18,304 bases of DNA from Candidatus Thorarchaeota archaeon. GTDB lineage: Archaea; Asgardarchaeota; Thorarchaeia; Thorarchaeales; Thorarchaeaceae. The position numbers and the translations under genes are program-made. Position 1 is the first letter of the stretch; the number at the start of each line of letters is the position of its first letter. The notes below the pieces were generated by a model. That model did no database searches, was not told the DNA's origin, and saw only the letters and a program-made list of their open reading frames with translations. The DNA is taken from positions 1-18,304 of the forward strand of contig JBHLRP010000061.1 in NCBI GenBank assembly GCA_048882485.1, given 5' to 3'. This document shows, piece by piece, positions 16,258 through 18,304 of this stretch.

Positions 16258-17097
16258 TTGGAGCCTATGAGCGTTCTAATGATCACTTTGGCCTTGCTTG
16301 CTCTCCCTATAGGAGTCCTAGTAGGTCTCGCAGCCGGCGTGATCGGTCTTACTGCATGGCCAATATTGGTCCCGCTGCTACTCGTTTTTGGAGGATACCC
16401 TCTTCACGAAGTCCTTCTTTCCAGTCTGCTTGTTGATTTGATGATAGCAGCTGTCCTTTCAATCTTCTACATCCGAAACAAAGACGTTGATGTAGATAGC
16501 GTGTATGGTGCGAAGTTAGGTGGTGTTGCTGGAATCATAGCATTAGTCACGGCAGTTCTCGTTTTCCCCATACTAAATCAGTATTCAAACCTCTTCGAGG
16601 GAGGGTCATCTATTGTCACACTGCTTTTTGGAGGACTATTCATCATTCAGGCGATTAGAATGGATGACTCTTCTAGTGTAGGAGATGAGAGACCAAGCCA
16701 AAGACAGCTCTCTGACAAACAGAAGGACGGCATCGCATATGGGTTCTGTATCTTGCAGGGATTTATCACAGGTCTTATTGCCATAGGAGGCGCGATGAAC
16801 ATTGTACTTGTTCTTATGTTCATCCTAGGATATCCTACGCTTAGGGCAGTGGGAACTGCAATGGTAGCAACGACAGTCATGCTCTCCGTGACCGTGATTG
16901 CATTCCTCATTCTTCTTCAATTCAGTGTGTCTACCTTGCCAATTGTTGTGCTGTACGTCTTGATTGGATCAATAAGCAGCTATCTAGCTGTCACACGGGT
17001 TCAAAACATCTCAGAGCGCAAATTGCGTTTCACTATTGGAATAGTTATACTGACTGCTGCTATCTTCGCTACTGCACAAGTCTATTTCATAGGATGA
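16258..17097 (+). CDS. Sulfite exporter TauE/SafE family membrane protein
   Basis: Two repeats of about 4 TMs with GLAAGVIG..ILVPLL and GFITGLIAIGG...AVGTAM motifs. Start is TTG 16258 or ATG 16267. Confidence 0.82.
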   Translation: MEPMSVLMITLALLALPIGVLVGLAAGVIGLTAWPILVPLLLVFGGYPLHEVLLSSLLVDLMIAAVLSIFYIRNKDVDVDSVYGAKLGGVAGIIALVTAVLVFPILNQYSNLFEGGSSIVTLLFGGLFIIQAIRMDDSSSVGDERPSQRQLSDKQKDGIAYGFCILQGFITGLIAIGGAMNIVLVLMFILGYPTLRAVGTAMVATTVMLSVTVIAFLILLQFSVSTLPIVVLYVLIGSISSYLAVTRVQNISERKLRFTIGIVILTAAIFATAQVYFIG

Positions 17098-17447
17098 GTA
17101 CGTGACGTTCTATTTGAGGCCCAAGTCATTAGGGGGGTGATTAGAGACCTCAGCTCTTTACCATCGTCTGTCAATGAGTACTCTACGCGCGGTGGAATCT
17201 CAGCAAATGCCTTTCTTCTTATGATTCGTTCTTCCTCGAGCTGCTTTAGCCTTTCAGCCAAGACTGTGGGACTGATTCCAAAGCACAAGGATTGGATTTC
17301 ACCATATCTTAGGCTTCCTTGATTTCCAATCAGTGTCACTATCTGGAGTGTCCATTTCCTGCTTATTGTGTGGATAACTCCCTCCAAGGGACAGAGGCAT
17401 ACCCCATTTATCGACTTTCTATTACATTCGGCTTTTTCTGAAGACAT
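17082..17447 (-). CDS. HxlR/DUF24 family winged-helix transcriptional regulator
   Basis: CP...ISRKWTLQIV, LRYGEI, GISPTVLAERLKQLEE and EIPPRVEYSLTDDG. Its 3' end overlaps the TauE gene by 16 bp. Confidence 0.93.
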   Translation of the reverse strand: MSSEKAECNRKSINGVCLCPLEGVIHTISRKWTLQIVTLIGNQGSLRYGEIQSLCFGISPTVLAERLKQLEEERIIRRKAFAEIPPRVEYSLTDDGKELRSLITPLMTWASNRTSRTHPMK

Positions 17448-17463
17448 GACTCACTTCCTCTTT

Positions 17464-17509
17464 CCATAGTCACTACTTTACTACGGACTCCGTAGTTTAA
17501 ATACTATGG
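17464..17509. promoter_or_regulatory. Divergent promoter with nested palindromes (putative HxlR operator) and TATA box
   Basis: ACTACGGA-C-TCCGTAGT (17480-17496) is a perfect 8-bp inverted repeat. Outer arms are CCATAGT (17464-17470) and ACTATGG (17503-17509). TTTAAATA lies at 17496-17503. Confidence 0.65.
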
Positions 17510-17540
17510 TATTAATAGTATTTAGCATGGAGGTGATTCC

Positions 17541-17630
17541 ATGTGCGAAGAATGTTGCCATAATGGAGGCAAAAGGAAGAAGACATGCTCAGGAAAGAAA
17601 GAGAAGAAACCGAAGAAAGGGCGCGACTGA
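17541..17630 (+). CDS. Cys/Lys-rich micropeptide (29 aa) MCEECCHNGGKRKKTCSGKKEKKPKKGRD
   Basis: Perfect SD GGAGGTGAT at 17529-17537 and a TATA box upstream. It fills the gap and stops 6 nt before the convergent VIT1 stop. It is below the ORF track's apparent ~60-aa cutoff. Confidence 0.72.
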   Translation: MCEECCHNGGKRKKTCSGKKEKKPKKGRD

Positions 17631-17636
17631 AGAGCC

Positions 17637-18263
17637 CTAGAATATCTGAATACTGGACACAATCCACATCATGAAGATGACAAGTGCTCCTGCCGCAAGT
17701 GTCTTAATCCCATAAATGACAACGTTTGTCTTTGATACTCTCCCGAGAAATACTCCTAGAGAGAACAGAACAGCTAGTCCGACTGAGATTGAGAGATAGA
17801 AAGAAATCTCAATCGGCATAGCAATGAAGAACGGGAGGAATAGGGGAACAGCTGTGACAAGAGCAGCCATTGATGGGGACAGTCCGTTAATCAATGAAAC
17901 TACGATTGTGGTCGTTCTTGCGGCTCTGGAGAGACCGCTATCTCTGAGATTGGTAAGCATGGAGTGCTCAAGCTCCTTGATCTCACGCTCTCTCTCAGCG
18001 GTTTCAGTGAGATATGAGGATGTAATGCCGGAAACAAACATGGCAAAGCTTGTTCCAAGAATCGCGAGCAACGTAGTCTGATAGACGAACATGGGACTCT
18101 GGTAGGCAAGAGCAACCACTCCACCCATGAGAATGCCTATGACTGGAAGTACTCCATCGAACGCATTCATAGCAAGATACCGCCGGGCAATTTGAGCCCC
18201 CTGCGCGACATTCAGCTGGATTTGGATTCTATCGAAAAAGCTACACTCTTCGCTGAGTCCCAT
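17637..18263 (-). CDS. VIT1/CCC1 family transporter (archaeal type)
   Basis: RRYLAMNAFDG, SSYLTETAERERE..LEHSML and LFSLGVFLGRVS motifs with about 5 TMs. Start is ATG 18263 or TTG 18293; in-frame stops just upstream show the gene is complete. Confidence 0.85.
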   Translation of the reverse strand: MGLSEECSFFDRIQIQLNVAQGAQIARRYLAMNAFDGVLPVIGILMGGVVALAYQSPMFVYQTTLLAILGTSFAMFVSGITSSYLTETAEREREIKELEHSMLTNLRDSGLSRAARTTTIVVSLINGLSPSMAALVTAVPLFLPFFIAMPIEISFYLSISVGLAVLFSLGVFLGRVSKTNVVIYGIKTLAAGALVIFMMWIVSSIQIF

Positions 18264-18286
18264 TGGACCGCATTCTTCTTCCTTGG

Positions 18287-18300
18287 TTAACAATAGTTAT
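18287..18300. promoter_or_regulatory. Putative operator TAAC-N4-GTTA, copy 3 (inverted)
   Basis: TAACAATAGTTA at 18288-18299 is the exact reverse complement of TAACTATTGTTA and lies upstream of VIT1. Confidence 0.5.
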
Positions 18301-18304
18301 CACT

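Overview
Gene-dense prokaryotic chromosomal window that is most likely archaeal. The evidence is GGTGA(T)/GGAGG Shine-Dalgarno sites, TATA-like boxes, a stand-alone Lrp effector domain and an archaeal-type VIT1; an Asgard/Thorarchaeia-like origin is a guess only. It holds about 24 CDSs: a 5' partial PolX, a URO-D-like protein, two histone-deacetylase-family enzymes, a SAM methyltransferase, a membrane alpha/beta hydrolase, two Fe-S proteins, an orphan nucleotidyltransferase, SDR, SRPBCC, Lrp domain, ArsN2-like GNAT, a QW-motif barrel protein, a DUF362 surface protein, an ICMT-family methyltransferase, TauE, an HxlR regulator, VIT1 and several small membrane proteins. I saw no rRNA, tRNA, CRISPR array or transposase. 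The unexpected signals are: (1) a 91-aa two-TM protein whose first 16 residues closely match the bacterial EF-Tu N-terminus; (2) a canonical-looking -1 frameshift cassette (A_AAA_AAA, 6-nt spacer, GC hairpin) that would fuse two adjacent membrane ORFs; (3) an identical 12-bp dyad (TAACTATTGTTA) just upstream of three unrelated genes; (4) a 29-aa Cys/Lys-rich micropeptide, absent from the ORF track, divergent from a Cys-containing HxlR regulator with nested palindromes between them; (5) two structured or repeated intergenic elements.
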